A stretch of 64,000 bases of DNA from Raillietiella orientalis (lineage: Eukaryota): the NCBI GenBank assembly GCA_036172245.1, contig JAYWIR010000008.1, positions 2,666,001 through 2,730,000 on the forward strand, given 5' to 3'. Under the pieces are notes generated by a model. The model was not told the origin of the DNA, made no database searches, and saw nothing but the letters and a program-made list of their open reading frames with translations. The translations under genes were made by a program, and so were the position numbers. Shown in pieces: positions 25,350 through 38,577 of this stretch (positions are counted from its first letter, which is position 1; each line of letters begins with the position of its first letter).

Positions 25350-26600
25350 TATCAGGTTATTACGGACCAACAGTTCTCAGACTCAACAACGAGTATGAGT
25401 GATGTCCGTTTCAGTAGTCTCAGTCTGACATCCACAAAGGGCTAAACACTTCATCTAGAGTGCCCAGGCTAGAAGGAAATGGCTGCTTTCACGTTCGATC
25501 TCTTCGATTCGAGGTAACAATCTCTCTACCGCAGTCTGTACACGATCATATGCCAGCATCTTGTGTCAGCACACCGAATATGGAGGTCCTATTCCAGAGT
25601 TTTCCGTTTTGCTATTGTATCCCATACGGACGAACCGAGAACATTCTTGCTGATCGCCACCATGGCCATTACCAAGAATTTCAAGGTGTGGTAGCTTCCA
25701 TAGGTTTTCTTTTGAAGAAAAATGGTTCGAACGCATTCTACCAGAATGCATCTACAAAGAGGACACCGGGGTGAGGGGGCATGCGTGCGTTCCTTGGACA
25801 ACATGATTCACAGAACTGTTGTTTTTCCTTCCACACCAGCAGGTGTTGCTGCATATGGAAAGTGTTTTTGCGCCTATATTGCATTAGTCCATACATTCTA
25901 TACCACTGTGTAAATACTTTGCTTGTGAAGCAAAGACGCTTTTTGCTAGATGGTGTCGGTCCGATGACCCAGCATGCAACAGTAAAAGGCGAAAGAGATC
26001 ACAAGCAATCTCGTGTTTCCAAAAGGGAATTCAGCTCTTAAACTTTCCCACGAAATCATTCCACATCCGCTTTCCTCATTAAAAGCAAACGAAGAGTTTT
26101 GCTTTGCATAACACTGTGAGCTACTCGAGATGTACGCCGAGTTCCCATCACATACTGCTGCATGAGAACAGTCGTGCGTGGGGCTGCGCGAAGACGAACC
26201 TTCTTTGGGTAGCCGTTCCGGCATTAACCATACACATATATCTTTATTTGCTTTTTCCGCAGCACATGACCCGCCTCTCATACGTTTGCTCATTCTCAAC
26301 GCTAGAGTCACCCTTCTTTTCCTCCACGGTATTCAAGTTGGATGGAAGAAAGTGGGATCGTGCTTGATCAGCATCCACAGAAATAACAAGGATGTATCCG
26401 TTTATGCTGCAAAGAGACAATTATTTAAGGAAATCTCGGCATGGTTCAACTTCATCCTCCTACCTACTCCCCGATTCCATGAAGAATCCTAAGCAAATTA
26501 ATTATTTCTACCAAAGAATGCAAAGATTTTTCCGTAATGCTATCGGAACTGAAGTTTCCTTTGGACTATTCTGTTTCTATCACAGAAAAGCGGAGGATCT
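25350..26600 (-). mobile_element. Possible very old LINE RT remnant
   Basis: VRTIFLQKKTYGSYHTL resembles the DxxKAFDxVxH region. Support is weak. Confidence 0.25.
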
Positions 26601-28865
26601 AAAATGGGTAGATATGGAGGCAGTGCAAAGCGTCACAGTGCTCGATTAGCTCGTAGCATTCCAACTTGGAACGAACTTAGGACTCCGACGATTGGACTGC
26701 GCCGTTGCAGCATTCTAATTGTCTCTTCGAACACAGGATTGCTTTACCATCTGCATGCTTTTACTAGAATACATTCGAGATCTTGTTTTCCTCCGTATTT
26801 CCTGTTCTTAGAAATATGACTCGATTTTTCAGGCAGCTCTGTTGGCTAGCGATGTTGCTAACAGTTGACAGAACGATCTTCTTGTCTAAGTGTTTCAAAG
26901 TTTTATCATCGCTGAGAGAACTTTTGATGACTCGTTTCCTTCAAGTTTCTTTCTTTCTTCTTTTTCTTCAGTTTTCTGGAAGAAGTTTGATTTTCCATGC
27001 TTCATTCACTTTAGTTCTTTTCTTGTTTCTTTCCACTGGTCGCGTGTTTAGCAGCCTCAAGACAAATGAGCAAGGTTCAAGGAAGAGGACTCTTCAGTCG
27101 TTCTAATTTTGAATTCGAGTTGTCAAGCTGTGACCAGCTTCATTATGACCGTTCACGTTCGCAGTCATGCTGCAGGACAACTAATGCATCAAGGCGTACG
27201 TGCGAGCAAGCAGCATTGAGGTGCCGACATATCAAACAGCGTTTACACACTTGTTTGAATAGTGTTTCAGGTCCGTCCACACTGGGACCCGAAAACCACT
27301 CATGGAGAATTGAAAAAGGAGAAACGTACTACGAAGGTAGAGACTAGCAAGTGGGAACACCGACGTCTTCAGATGCTGCGTGATGGAGAGGGACTGCACC
27401 TAAAACACGAGCTCGGGAACTCTTTGAGTGGCCTTTTTTTCTTTAGAAACTTTCCTTACTCATAGCACACGTCTGCCTGATTTGTGGCTCCCATGGTGCG
27501 TGCCTGCAATAAAGACGAATGATCCTATGCCCTCTGTCTCCATGAAAGCAATCGCCCTTATGATCTTGATGTTTCGACCGAATTCCCCACGAGTTCACCT
27601 AAGACTAGACCACGAGTTCTCAAGAGCTTCACAGCAGTCAGAGGCAATAAGTTGCATTCCAGTCGCCGCAGGCTTCACGAACCATCGCAAATATTGTGGT
27701 CGCTGGTTTCCGTGCAAGGTCACTAACTTCACGGAACATTTGTCTCCTCGTGTCGTTTCCGTATTGTAGCCATGGTGATGGATGGTGAGAACGCAGAAAG
27801 TTTCGGAGCCCGCTGACGCCTGGTCAAGTGCTCGTTCGCTGCTGCCACGTTCTCGACGCATCCCAAGACTGTCTGGAGGACGAGAAAATTGCTACCTGAT
27901 TTCATTTAACACTAATTACATGTCGCATTCATTACGTATAACAGATGTGCTATCTACTGACTGACTCATAAGTCCTTAGGATGCGAGTCCTTAGGAGTCA
28001 CTTTGTTGTGGACAGCTTTCTATGAAGATTTGCATTCTGAACAAAGATGAAGGCTAGCTGCCTGTGGAGACCTAAATCCTTAAATTGAAAAATGAATGGT
28101 CTCTTCAACTGGAAACAACTTATGACTCCTATTTGGAAACAGATTATGGCGGTTGTTTCCAAATAGTTCAAAAGGCATTGTAAAAGTTACAAATAAACCT
28201 CTTAGGGAACTGAAGGAAAAGACGATGTACAGCTTGATGAAAACTGCTCAAAAAAGAATCTCAAATGTCAGAAGAGAGCCAAACACCGTGGGTCATGCAG
28301 CAGGATACTGTCTGCATGTGATGTTGATGGATCATAGGTCCAGCATGCATCTTATTTTTGTGATTGATTTATCAATTGTTCAGAGAGAGACAGCAGAGAG
28401 AGACAGCAAAGAGCTCATGCCGGAAAGTGGTGAAAGAGAAATCATGGCGTGATTGAGGTCTTTTTCTTCAAGGGTTCATTTGTTTCTTCACTCGAAAGAG
28501 CCGAGTTTTCCTTAGAGAGCCTTTTGCAAAATTTCCCTATTCGACTGCTGGGAAAAATCTTGAGAATTTGCGGAGAAGATGTGTGAAGTAGAACTTTTGA
28601 AGATTTGAGCATTCACATATAAATATGTCGATGGCCGTAAGATGAACTTCGTTTTGGGACAAAAGTTGTCATATAAGATATCCATCCTTTCATTCATTGT
28701 ACTTGTTTTGGTTGTTGGCAAGCATTCATAAACATGCTGGGATCGGAATTAGATTATGTAATGCTAATCTTTTTATGCAGTCATTTATTATTACAAGTTT
28801 ATGCAACTTGTTTTTTGTGCAGTTAGATTGAATATGGGTCGCTATTATTTGAAGATCCTTTATTG

Positions 28866-28901
28866 TAATTAACATCATCGATGCATCGATGATGTTAATT
28901 A
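28866..28901. repeat. Perfect 36-bp palindrome
   Basis: taattaacatcatcgatg|catcgatgatgttaatta is its own reverse complement. Confidence 0.95.
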
Positions 28902-30426
28902 ACAAATTGCAGCTTTATTACACATTTGAGGCATTGTATTAAATATACTCATAAAAGCAACTGTCAGGATCATGTATAATAGTTTCTATTGCTATTGACT
29001 GAGTCTACCACATGAGGACCTCATTAAATTTTCAGTTTCTGTTATGTTAGCCATTATGTGGCTGAAGTTAATTCTCAAAACAAAGTAAGGTTTATGAAAG
29101 GAACGAAAAGAAGAAACTTTTGATTTGGAAATTAGCCTTCAATACTGAAAAATAAATGTCATTTCTGTGCAGTCATGAGTAAAAATTGCAAGCTGCAAAC
29201 ACAAGAATTCTTGATGCAATGCAGATTATTCATGATGATTTTCTGCTTTACAATGATAAAAGATAAAAGGTAGCTTAAATAACAGGAAAACAAAAAAACC
29301 AAATGCACACACAGTGTTTGGTCAATAAATGCTTTCCTTTTGTATTTGATTCTGGATGAATTCATGCATGCAGCTCAGTGTTGTTCAGTGGGAAATGACA
29401 TACTTGTTGAGTCACTGCTAATAACAAGATACAGGCAGTGTTAATTCTTAATGAAACTTCAGTGTCTCAAAGTTTTTGTTTGAACAGGGATGAGGTGATC
29501 ATGTAAGCAAATATTTAGTAATATGCACTGGAACTCTATGTTAACTACCTGTTTGCCTTTATTGAGATATTGTAATCTCATTATGTTTCCTGTGGAAAAG
29601 AGTCAGTTGTGCATGACTTATGGAATTATTGCTAGATACGATTTCCACGATCTGAAATTATCATCATCGAATCAGTCAGTCAAGTATCCGAGAGTGCATT
29701 ATTCTAGTACAAGTGGGAACAACTTAGTTGCATGTACAACACTTTCGGTTTCGTACAATGCTTTGTTTGGATTGTGTACATGTTTGGCAGCGGTGGATGC
29801 TTGTGCTGTGGTCTTGCCGGGTCCAGCAGAATGGACAGTTGCAAACCGGGGAGGATCTGTGATCTCCCAAGGGCTTGGGAAGATTTGATGGCTCAAAATC
29901 ATTGGTAATTTTTTGTTTTTGCGACGTGCTCGCTTGGCGGGCGCCCTTTAAAGTTAAAATCACGAAAATCCGAGACGCTTCGTTTATCTTGTAATGGAAG
30001 ACCTATACGTCCATTGTAGCTTTTCTTTTACCCACGCATCTTCACAGCAGAATGTATGTGTTCCCCCCCCTTCAATAAAGCGACGACTTGAGTTTCCTCG
30101 GTGAGTTTCAAGTTGTTTTCACGTGGATTTGCATTCGATACTTCCGCTTAACACGTGTCTTTGTGATTTGAAAGAAGTGGGCCGGAGGTCGTTGGCGTGA
30201 GGAGCTGGCGTGGAAGTCCCCCCCCCCTCCCAAGTTGGTTGGTTGGTGATAGAGTTTAGCCGTATCTGTATGACGAGCAAGCAGTTTGAATGTATGCAAA
30301 TCTTAGGTGGAGAATAAAATTGCTGGTTTAAGTAATACTCTTTTTTTTTCTCTCTCTCTCTCTCCCGACAGCACAGTGTTAGGACTGAAAATTCGTTTTG
30401 TTTTGTTTTGTTTATAACAAAAAAAT

Positions 30427-31143
30427 ATGGAAAGCATTTATGCTATTCCCTATAAGGTTTTACAGATACCAAATCTGAAACTAAAGAAGCCAGCATGGCT
30501 GCAAAAGCCATCAGCAATGACAGTTTTTTCCTTTTTGTTAGCGTCTTATTTTTTGGTAACCGGTGGTAAGTAGTACAGTTATGAGTCAGTTTTGTTATCT
30601 ATAGAATGTAGCATTTGTTGTAGATTTCAGTTTTTCTTGCAAGATACGTACTGTCAAATAGACTAAAGTACGCCTGTGGCAAGAACGAAAGTAAATTAAT
30701 TGTGTTGTTGTGCTTGTAGGTGTAATATATGACATAATAGTGGAACCCCCTAGCATTGGTTCAGAAACTGATGAATTTGGCCATTCGAAACCTGTGAGTC
30801 GTACATAAATCAGTTTATAGAACAAGTAAGATGTGCAGGGCTTATTGTTTTCTATTTAGGTGGCCTTTATGACATACAGAATTAACGGCCAGTATATAAT
30901 GGAAGGTTTGGCTGCAAGTTTTTTATTTACTCTAGGAGGTTTAGGCTTCATTATTATGGATCAGAGTACTCAGCGAGCTGTCCCTAAACTTAACAGGATG
31001 CTGCTAATTGGAACAGCTTTTGTTTGTATTCTGGTTTCCTTCATTGCTTGCTGGGTTTTTATGAGGATCAAACTACCGTGAGTGAAGCCCTTATAATAAT
31101 TTTCTGCTACTGGTTTATGTTTAGAGGATATCTTATATCATAA
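30427..31143 (+). CDS. OSTC: Oligosaccharyltransferase complex subunit OSTC/DC2
   Basis: Exons 30427-30565, 30720-30793, 30860-31077, 31125-31143 give [77 protein letters not shown]. Confidence 0.97.
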
Positions 31144-31172
31144 GAAATTAAGAAGTGCATTGGCATTCCCCA

Positions 31173-31178
31173 AATAAA
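31173..31178 (+). promoter_or_regulatory. OSTC polyadenylation signal
   Basis: AATAAA 30 nt after the stop, followed by GT/T-rich sequence. Confidence 0.65.
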
Positions 31179-34100
31179 ATGTTTTATGGATTTGGAGTAG
31201 CTTGTTACTTTATGAGATGATGATGATTAGCACCAGTGGCTGCTTTAACTTACTGATATTTGATTCTCTGATCAGTATGAGATTCTAAATGAAAATTCCT
31301 TATAGATATGTGCATATTTTCAAGTTGTGAACGGCCATTCCACTTCAGCAAATGTCAGTAAATTAAACTAAGAAAGAAGCATATAGGTGATGACATACTG
31401 GTAACTGTTTATTTACATCACACATTTACAAAACATTATAATAGAATTAATGTATATGAGTTTTCATATTAATAAAAAGAAAAATTTTCATAGAAAAGTG
31501 AGGTGTTAGAGGTTGATAAATGTGGAAATGTTTAGAAATAGAAAGCTAAAATTGGTTGTATCACCATAACTATAAGCAAAACTATGTTAGAGTTCTATCC
31601 TGACACAAAGCGGTATTTATGATCACAGTATGTGAACTTTAGAAGCAGAGAGCTTTTCTACTGTGTGCAAATTTCTTACTTTCATTCCAACTGCATGGAA
31701 TCACTCCTTACATTCATAATGTTGAGTGTTATGCTTTCCTGAGTGTGCACCAATGAGGAAAGATTTCTGCTCAACTTATTCTGATTGCTCAATTGTGCTC
31801 TTGTAAGGGTGACCATTAATGTGTTGCAAACTGAAAATTAAACCTAGTGCTGTGTGGTGCGAACAAACATGAGTTGTGGGGAGGATATCACAAAAGTCAT
31901 GAGAGCATGCATTGTGTGAAACCTGAGGTTTGATTTATTTTTCTTTCCTTTCGAAATCCACTAACGAGTTGGATCTCGGATCAGGCCAAGTCGGATCATA
32001 AACTTCGAAATTCGGCGTCTGTTACCCTCGTGCACGTGTTCAAAAAAATGAACTTTGTATGTTTCAGTGCAATGCTCTGGGATGTTCCTTGTGAAGTACA
32101 AAAGTGACTTTCAGGAAAGTGCGGGTCAGGCGAATTAAAGCGATTTGATTCCATTAAGCGATTATTTTATATTTGCATGATGGAACGTTGCCTTGCAGTT
32201 TCAGTTCACTGCACGAACTCGTTAATGATGTGGGTTGTTTCCATCAGAGAATGCAGCGACCCCGGTGCTGGTGCGTCCAGTTTTCGGACACGCTTTCGTC
32301 TTCCATTCGGTGCCCAGGCTGGACAAAGTTGCTGATGCTAATGAAAATGTGGAAGCATTCTCGACGGATTGATTACAATATAGTTGATTCAGTGCAGTCG
32401 CAGATCGTTATGCCTGAGGCCTCTTTCACACGCAAATCGTGCCGTTTCCGTCATGGGTGCAACTGCACTTGGCGCCAACGTTCCTTCGGACCATTTTGAG
32501 GAGGAGCAGTCCGTGTCCTTTGTCTGAATACTCTTCAGGCGTGCATCGTGGCTGCCGAAACATTCCTAAAGAGCCAAATGAAATGCCGTGGAGCAAAAAA
32601 GATGGAAAGTGCGAGCGGCGTCTTGAAACGATCAATTTTTTTCTTTTTTGTTTTCTGCGTGCGTTTTCTCCTTGTGCTTGATTTGTTGAATCATATGAGG
32701 AAGCAGAAGGTCACTTAATACCGATCGGATTTCTGTTTTTCCATTCGTTTTTACTTGTCGTCGTTGGAGGAAAGTTCATTGCTTAGAAAAACTTTTGCTT
32801 AGGGCACTGGAGCAACACGTTCGGCTCCGGTAGGAAGGACCACACAAGTGGGCTGTCGTGGTAAATGAAGTGCAAGTGGACCGTCACTGTAGGTGTAGAA
32901 GAACGTTATTCGTATCCGTGATAAGAAAGGAAGCTTGAAATATGCACAGCCAAAAACATTTCGATTCACCTTCGCTCGTGTTCTTCAGCTTTTCAAAGGT
33001 GAGCAAACATCAGTGCACAGTGTAGTTTACTGAATCGATGAAGGCCAAAATGTGGACTTGGCTATCAAGGTGTCAGCTTCCAAGGAAACACACACACACA
33101 TACACAAAACAGGCAAAATAATCAAGCCTTTGAATAGCTGCCAAAGCATCATCACAGTAAGTAAGTCGACCCAAAAGCCGAACCTAAGAATTTTGTACTT
33201 GTGCTGAGAAAATTGTTAAACCCTCCAGGGGAGAAAAAAAAAAAAAAAAAACAGTGTCATGTGGCTGTCCAGATCCCACATATCCCTGAATTACGCAGCA
33301 GCTTCTCCCCAGTCCACCCAGCGGTGGGTTGGGGTCGCTGAATCGCTGTCCAGAGCGGTTTACTGATTGACAAAAAGACTTTCAAACAAGCAAACAGACA
33401 AACATGCCAAAGGGACAGTCGATGCCTGTAATGATCTGGTATCCTCATGTTGCCGTCCTTAGTTTTCCCTCCCTCTTAGGATCTTTCTGTTTTGTGCGTC
33501 TCGTTTCTCTCCAGAGTTTCTCCATCACGAGTTGAAACAGAAAGCATAGATTCATCAACCCGTGATGAATCCACGCTTTCTGTTTTCGTGTTTGCTCTTT
33601 TCTTCGCTGATGTTCCCTTGTTGTCGTGGTTTCGGGATTTCTTCGTTCCAAGTTTCCATTCTCTGTTCCTCCTACTGCTCCATCTTCAATCCGGATGCTG
33701 CGCCATGCGGGAACGGAGTGTATAGTGTGACAGGGAAATGTTCTGAATATTTTCCATGCCGACCACAGGAATCTTCCCAACATTCTACTTTCTGCACTTC
33801 TGAGAACATTTGTGGAAAAAAATTTTTCCCGTAGAAAATTCAAGCAGAACTTCGCTTTCGTGCTTTCTCTTATGACTCCTTTTGCTGCCGTGTCTTGCAT
33901 GATCGATGTCCTGATTTCATTTTTTTCCTCCTCAGTGCGCTTTCTCACCGTTCTCCTGTTCCAAGAACTTTATCTTGATCGGATCTCTCTCTGCTCCCCA
34001 GGTAGACCCTTTTCCGTTACTGTTGAAAGGGGTGTCCTCCCTTTCGCTCCCAGTTTCCTTCGCCTGCTTCTGTTTCGCCCCGTTGCGCTTAATGCCTTGC

Positions 34101-35710
34101 ATTTGCACACTAGGGGGGAGGGAGTGGTCTGTGGAGGTTGAGGGAGTTTCTTTCTGTCTGTTTCCAGATCTAGTACTTCTCTCAGTCCTTTCGCTTTGTC
34201 CTGCAGCAGTTGTTCTCTGTGTGAGTGTTGAATACACTGCCCTGTATCCCTCCTTTCCGTGCCTTCTGCACTGAGCTGTTGAACACGCAGCCACAGTGGT
34301 TTTTTCTCGCATAGTGGCTTCCGAACACTATTGTCCACAGTAATTTCACAACATTAACCGGCACGGAAGCCCTGACAGAGTGAGCATTTGGATGCCAATG
34401 TTTACTTTCGCTATGTGTTCTTATGTAATGATTGACATGATGGATACGTTCCGATTTCTCATTAATTAGGCTTTAAAAAGGGGACGGATTCTTAAAGGTT
34501 TTCTTTTTTCCTCCATCCCATTGCCTTAAATATTATAGAAAAAAAAAAGAAAAGAAATGAAAACATCAGTCCAACCAGTGGTTGTGAGCCGTACTTTAGA
34601 AATCAGGAATTTATCAATGCTTAGAACGGAAAATCATCAGAACACATCAACCAACCTGAGACCGAAGGGAACAGAAGGCAAAATCTGAAATCAGAGAATC
34701 GAAGTTCCGTTCGATTCTTTCGAAACGTAAACGCGAGCGGACAGCAGAGAATCGAGCTGAGAAGTCTCAAGACTCGGTTGATCTTCAGTTGGTCAGACTT
34801 CAATCGAGGATTCTTTTTGTGACCAGGATGCGCCTGGTTTTTGATTCCCCGCGTGCAGAAGCCACGACGCCTTCTCAACGGCAAACGGATCAAGGTTCGT
34901 TGGAACTGATGAGGAAAAATTCAGTGCCAAAATTTTCAAGGTTGATTCTCAGGACACCATCGTGTCTTATCGATGGTCAGTTCGAGTGATGTGTCTGCTA
35001 CGCTTTTTCGAAGTCTTCTTCGTTCTTGATTTGCTCGTTCCAATATTCACTCGGGTCTTGCATTCCCATTTTTCTTCTTTTTGAACTGTTTCGGGGTGGG
35101 TGGAGTGGGGGTCGATTCGCCATGTTCTTGAGCCGTGGAGTGCGCGTTCATGAACCATTTTTTCGCAAACAAGGACGGCCTCAACCCATTTGCGCTCAGC
35201 TCACCGTACCAAGGAGCGTCCACGCGTTAACATCGTGGTTGTATACCCATCCTGTACTGATTCGAATGTGCGTATATCTGAATGAGGCCTCCGCGCTATC
35301 GCATTCAGATATGTACACTTTTTGCAGATGTACTCGTGGGCACGTTCACCGTGGAAGTTGCACATGTGCGCATGCGTGCTCACGGTTTGCGCCGATGAGT
35401 CACTTGGTCTTAGCAAACGCTGCGCAGTTCCTTTTTGTGAGGGAATGCTCAAAGGCTGCCGGAAAAAACCCCGAGAGGGTCGGCTTTGAATTCCGATGCT
35501 GACTCCGTTGCCACGGGGAATCGGTTCGACGGAGACTCAGCGCCACGAATTTTGCAGCTTCTTCACTCCGGACAGCTTCCGGGTGTGATCGCCGGTTTCC
35601 CGTTCCCGGCAGGCATTACCTGGTTCTGCCGCAGATCACCTCCAGGTTTCGCTGCAGATCCCGGCTGCTCGCAAGAGACCGCCGAAGAACTGACCGTGGC
35701 AAGTCTCAGC

Positions 35711-37731
35711 ATGGATCCGAACGGCGCAGCTTCCCTCAAGCAAAGGATCGAGTTGCTAGGTAGTGCCATTCCTTTCCCTCAGCAGATGCAGTCTCTTCCC
35801 TTTTCCGTCTGCGAAGGGAAGAGCATTTCTTGGCATACGATAGACTACGAAAGAGAAAAAGAGGCCCTCGCCAAGGAGGCGCACGATCTGCGTCAAGAGA
35901 TCCGCGGGCTGAAGAGGTTCCTGTGCCACCGGCCGATGGTGAGGCTGCGAGATGCTCAGGCTCTGGTCCACCATCCCCGCGTTCCGGGGCAGGCCGCCGA
36001 TGTCTCCGACGCGAAGGCAACCGAGAGGCGGACGAGGATCATCCTGGAACGCAAGTCCGTCGCGGAGGCCATCCCTTTGGTCCACGACCGCCTTCATGAC
36101 GCCAAGAAGAAGCTCGACTCGCTCCGGTACGAGGCAAGGAAGAAACGGCGGATCAAAGCCAGACTGGAGGCTCCCGGGACCACGCCGGCTTCGGAAGACG
36201 CGAGTCGCAAGGTGCACCCGGGGTCTGCGGGAGGCGCTCCCGACGCCCGCCTCAGCTTTCTCAGGTCAAGGAAAGCAGCATCCAGAAGAAACAGCAGCGC
36301 ATCAACGAGGCACGGAGGCTGCACAAGCACTACCTGAACTTGCACCGCAATCTGCAGAGGGGCAACGCGCGCTGGAGGGAACAAATCCGCCAGGTGGAAA
36401 GGTACATTGACGAGGCGAGAGAGGACCTCGCCAGGATGCAGGTGGGGCAGGAGGCGCCCACCCGACGACCCTCGCCTCCCCCAGGACCTCTGCGCTTCCG
36501 CGAAGTCGTCCGCGAGGAACGCTTCCAGGTCCGCTCGCTCCCGGCTCGACAGCGCTCCGTACCCCTTCGTCGTGGGGTACTCGAGGGAAGATGGGAACTG
36601 CCCCCACCTTCGCTTGCCGAGGGGGGGCTCCCGGACGCCGGAAAAGCTGACCCTCCCTCGGCCGGAGGGAGGCCGACCGGACCGGGGAGACGGCGCCGAG
36701 CGTGAGCCGCGCGAGGAGTGGCGCGGGAAGGAGCGGCGGTGCCTCGACGGGATCCTCCTCATGGCGGGTGCGAGCGGCAGGGGAAGATAACAGCTCGAGA
36801 TGACCTCGGGATCCCCAGGAGCCAGGACTCCCGAGGAACTGATGGACTTCTACAGGAACCAGATCGAGAAGGCGTCCCACCTGAGCGCCCGGAGCTGCCT
36901 GCAGGAGGAGCGGATCCGACGCTTCCGGGCCCAGCTGCAGGAGCTGATGGACCGGAAGGAGAAGGCACAGAAGGACAACCTGGAGAGGAAGGAGAGGTCG
37001 GTGACGCTCACCATCCATTCCCCTTCCCCTTCCCGTCAGGAAGGGGGTAAGCGAGGAACGGCGTCTTTCCTCGAGGTTCCTGAACGAGGTATCCCGCATG
37101 GAGGAAGAGGCGGAGGAATGGGAACGGAGACGCCGGGAATGCGTGCGGAGATCCGGGGCTCTCGGGAACGCCTTCGAGAGGATCCAGAAGAGCCTCCAAG
37201 GGATCCTCAATCCGCTGGCGGTGAGTGCCGCTCACGCTGGGATCCCACGAGGGGAGCGCAGCTGCACTTCGAAGCTCCCGATCTGCCGGATGACTCCATC
37301 CCGAGGATGCTGAGCGTCTGCTGCGGACTGGTGGACGAGCTTCTGGCGAGGGTTTCTTCAGCGGAAGCAGTGGACCTCCCCGAGCTGCACTTCATCGAGG
37401 TTAGAGCCAGTCTGTGTCTTCCTATGGTGTGGGAAGATCGGAGGGGGGGGGGGGGGAAGAGACGAAGGTGGTGGTGCTGGGTAAGACCGCCGCCGACGTG
37501 CCAGCTGATCTTTCCTTCTTCCAGGTTCTCGACGCCCAGCGCGTGTGCGCCAACCTGAGGACGCCGACTGAGACCCCAGACGATGAAGAAAGGAAGCAGC
37601 CCCATCCCGAGACCGAAAGGTCCAGGGATTACATCCAGGAGCAGAACCGCCTCCTGCGGGCGATGATGAAGAACGAGGCTCAGAAGGCAGTCAGCAACCG
37701 CCACCGCAGGCAGACGTACTTCGAGCCGTAG
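35711..37731 (+). CDS. CCDC151: Coiled-coil outer-dynein-arm docking complex subunit, CCDC151/ODAD3-like (divergent)
   Basis: Multi-exon model with mostly 40-56 nt GT-AG introns: MDPNGAASLKQRIELL|GKSISWHTIDYEREKEALAKEAHDLRQEI..KSVAEAIPLVHDRLHDAKKKLDSLRY..INEARRLHKHYLNLHRNL..GILLMAGARTPEELMDFYRNQ..SRDYIQEQNR. The block order matches CCDC151 as I recall it. The 36530-36700 part is unresolved. Confidence 0.65.
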
Positions 37732-38484
37732 GGCGCAGCTCGACGCGGAGCTGTTAAGTGCACCTCCGGGCCGAGAGGTCCGGCCCGGAGGCATCGTCGG
37801 ATGCCCTCGACTCTGCGTGGAAGGCAGAGGAAACTTTTCAGGGACGCCGCTGGGAGGGAGGGAGGAGAGCCGGCGCCAGCGGCGGCAGGAGAGCTCGCTT
37901 GACAGGAGGCCACCGGACCTCCGCCAAAGGGCTGCGGGTCACCGGAGGAGTAGGCACGGAGGACTCTGAGAGTCCGGGACAATCTCAGGCGTTGATCTTG
38001 AGCTCAGGCGATTTCCCCACGCTCTGGTCGAGGACTTTCGGGGGGAGCGCCGCCGCCCCCAACCGGAGCGTTCCCTCTCTTCGCCCGCGGCATTCAGCAC
38101 GACATTCGACCGACCTCTCCTCTGCGGGCAGGGAGTTGGGGTGGCTGACAACCTAGAGAGGCCGCGTTCGGCACCGCGGGGAACAGATTCTTGCCGGTCC
38201 CCGTGGTCCCCCGTTCGGCTCGTGCGCGCCGACCAGCTGTCTCGCGACGAGCGGGCGGACCCCCCTGCCTACTGGTCTGGGCGCCATATGCAGGAAGCAC
38301 GGACTCCTCTTCCGCCCTTGCCGGCGATGTCCGGAAGGAGCTCTGCTTCGACTCTTCCAGTTTCGTTCCCGGAGAAGTTCGCCCTCAATCAGCTGGAGTA
38401 GTTTCGCACGGAAGCTCAGACAGCTGCGCCAATCCCTCTCGTGACCTCGGACTTCTCACCCTGCGCAGATTCCGGAGGACGAAG

Positions 38485-38577
38485 GACGGCCGCCTCCAGG
38501 AATCCAAGAAGAAGCTCGACCCGCTCCGGTACGAGACGAAAAGGCGGCGCGTATCAAGGCCAACCTGAAGGTGCCCG
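38485..38577 (+). pseudogene. Diverged fragment of a CCDC151-like exon
   Basis: ccaagaagaagctcgacccgctccggtacgag matches 36102-36133, translating DGRLQESKKKLDPLRYE versus HDRLHDAKKKLDSLRYE. Confidence 0.8.
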
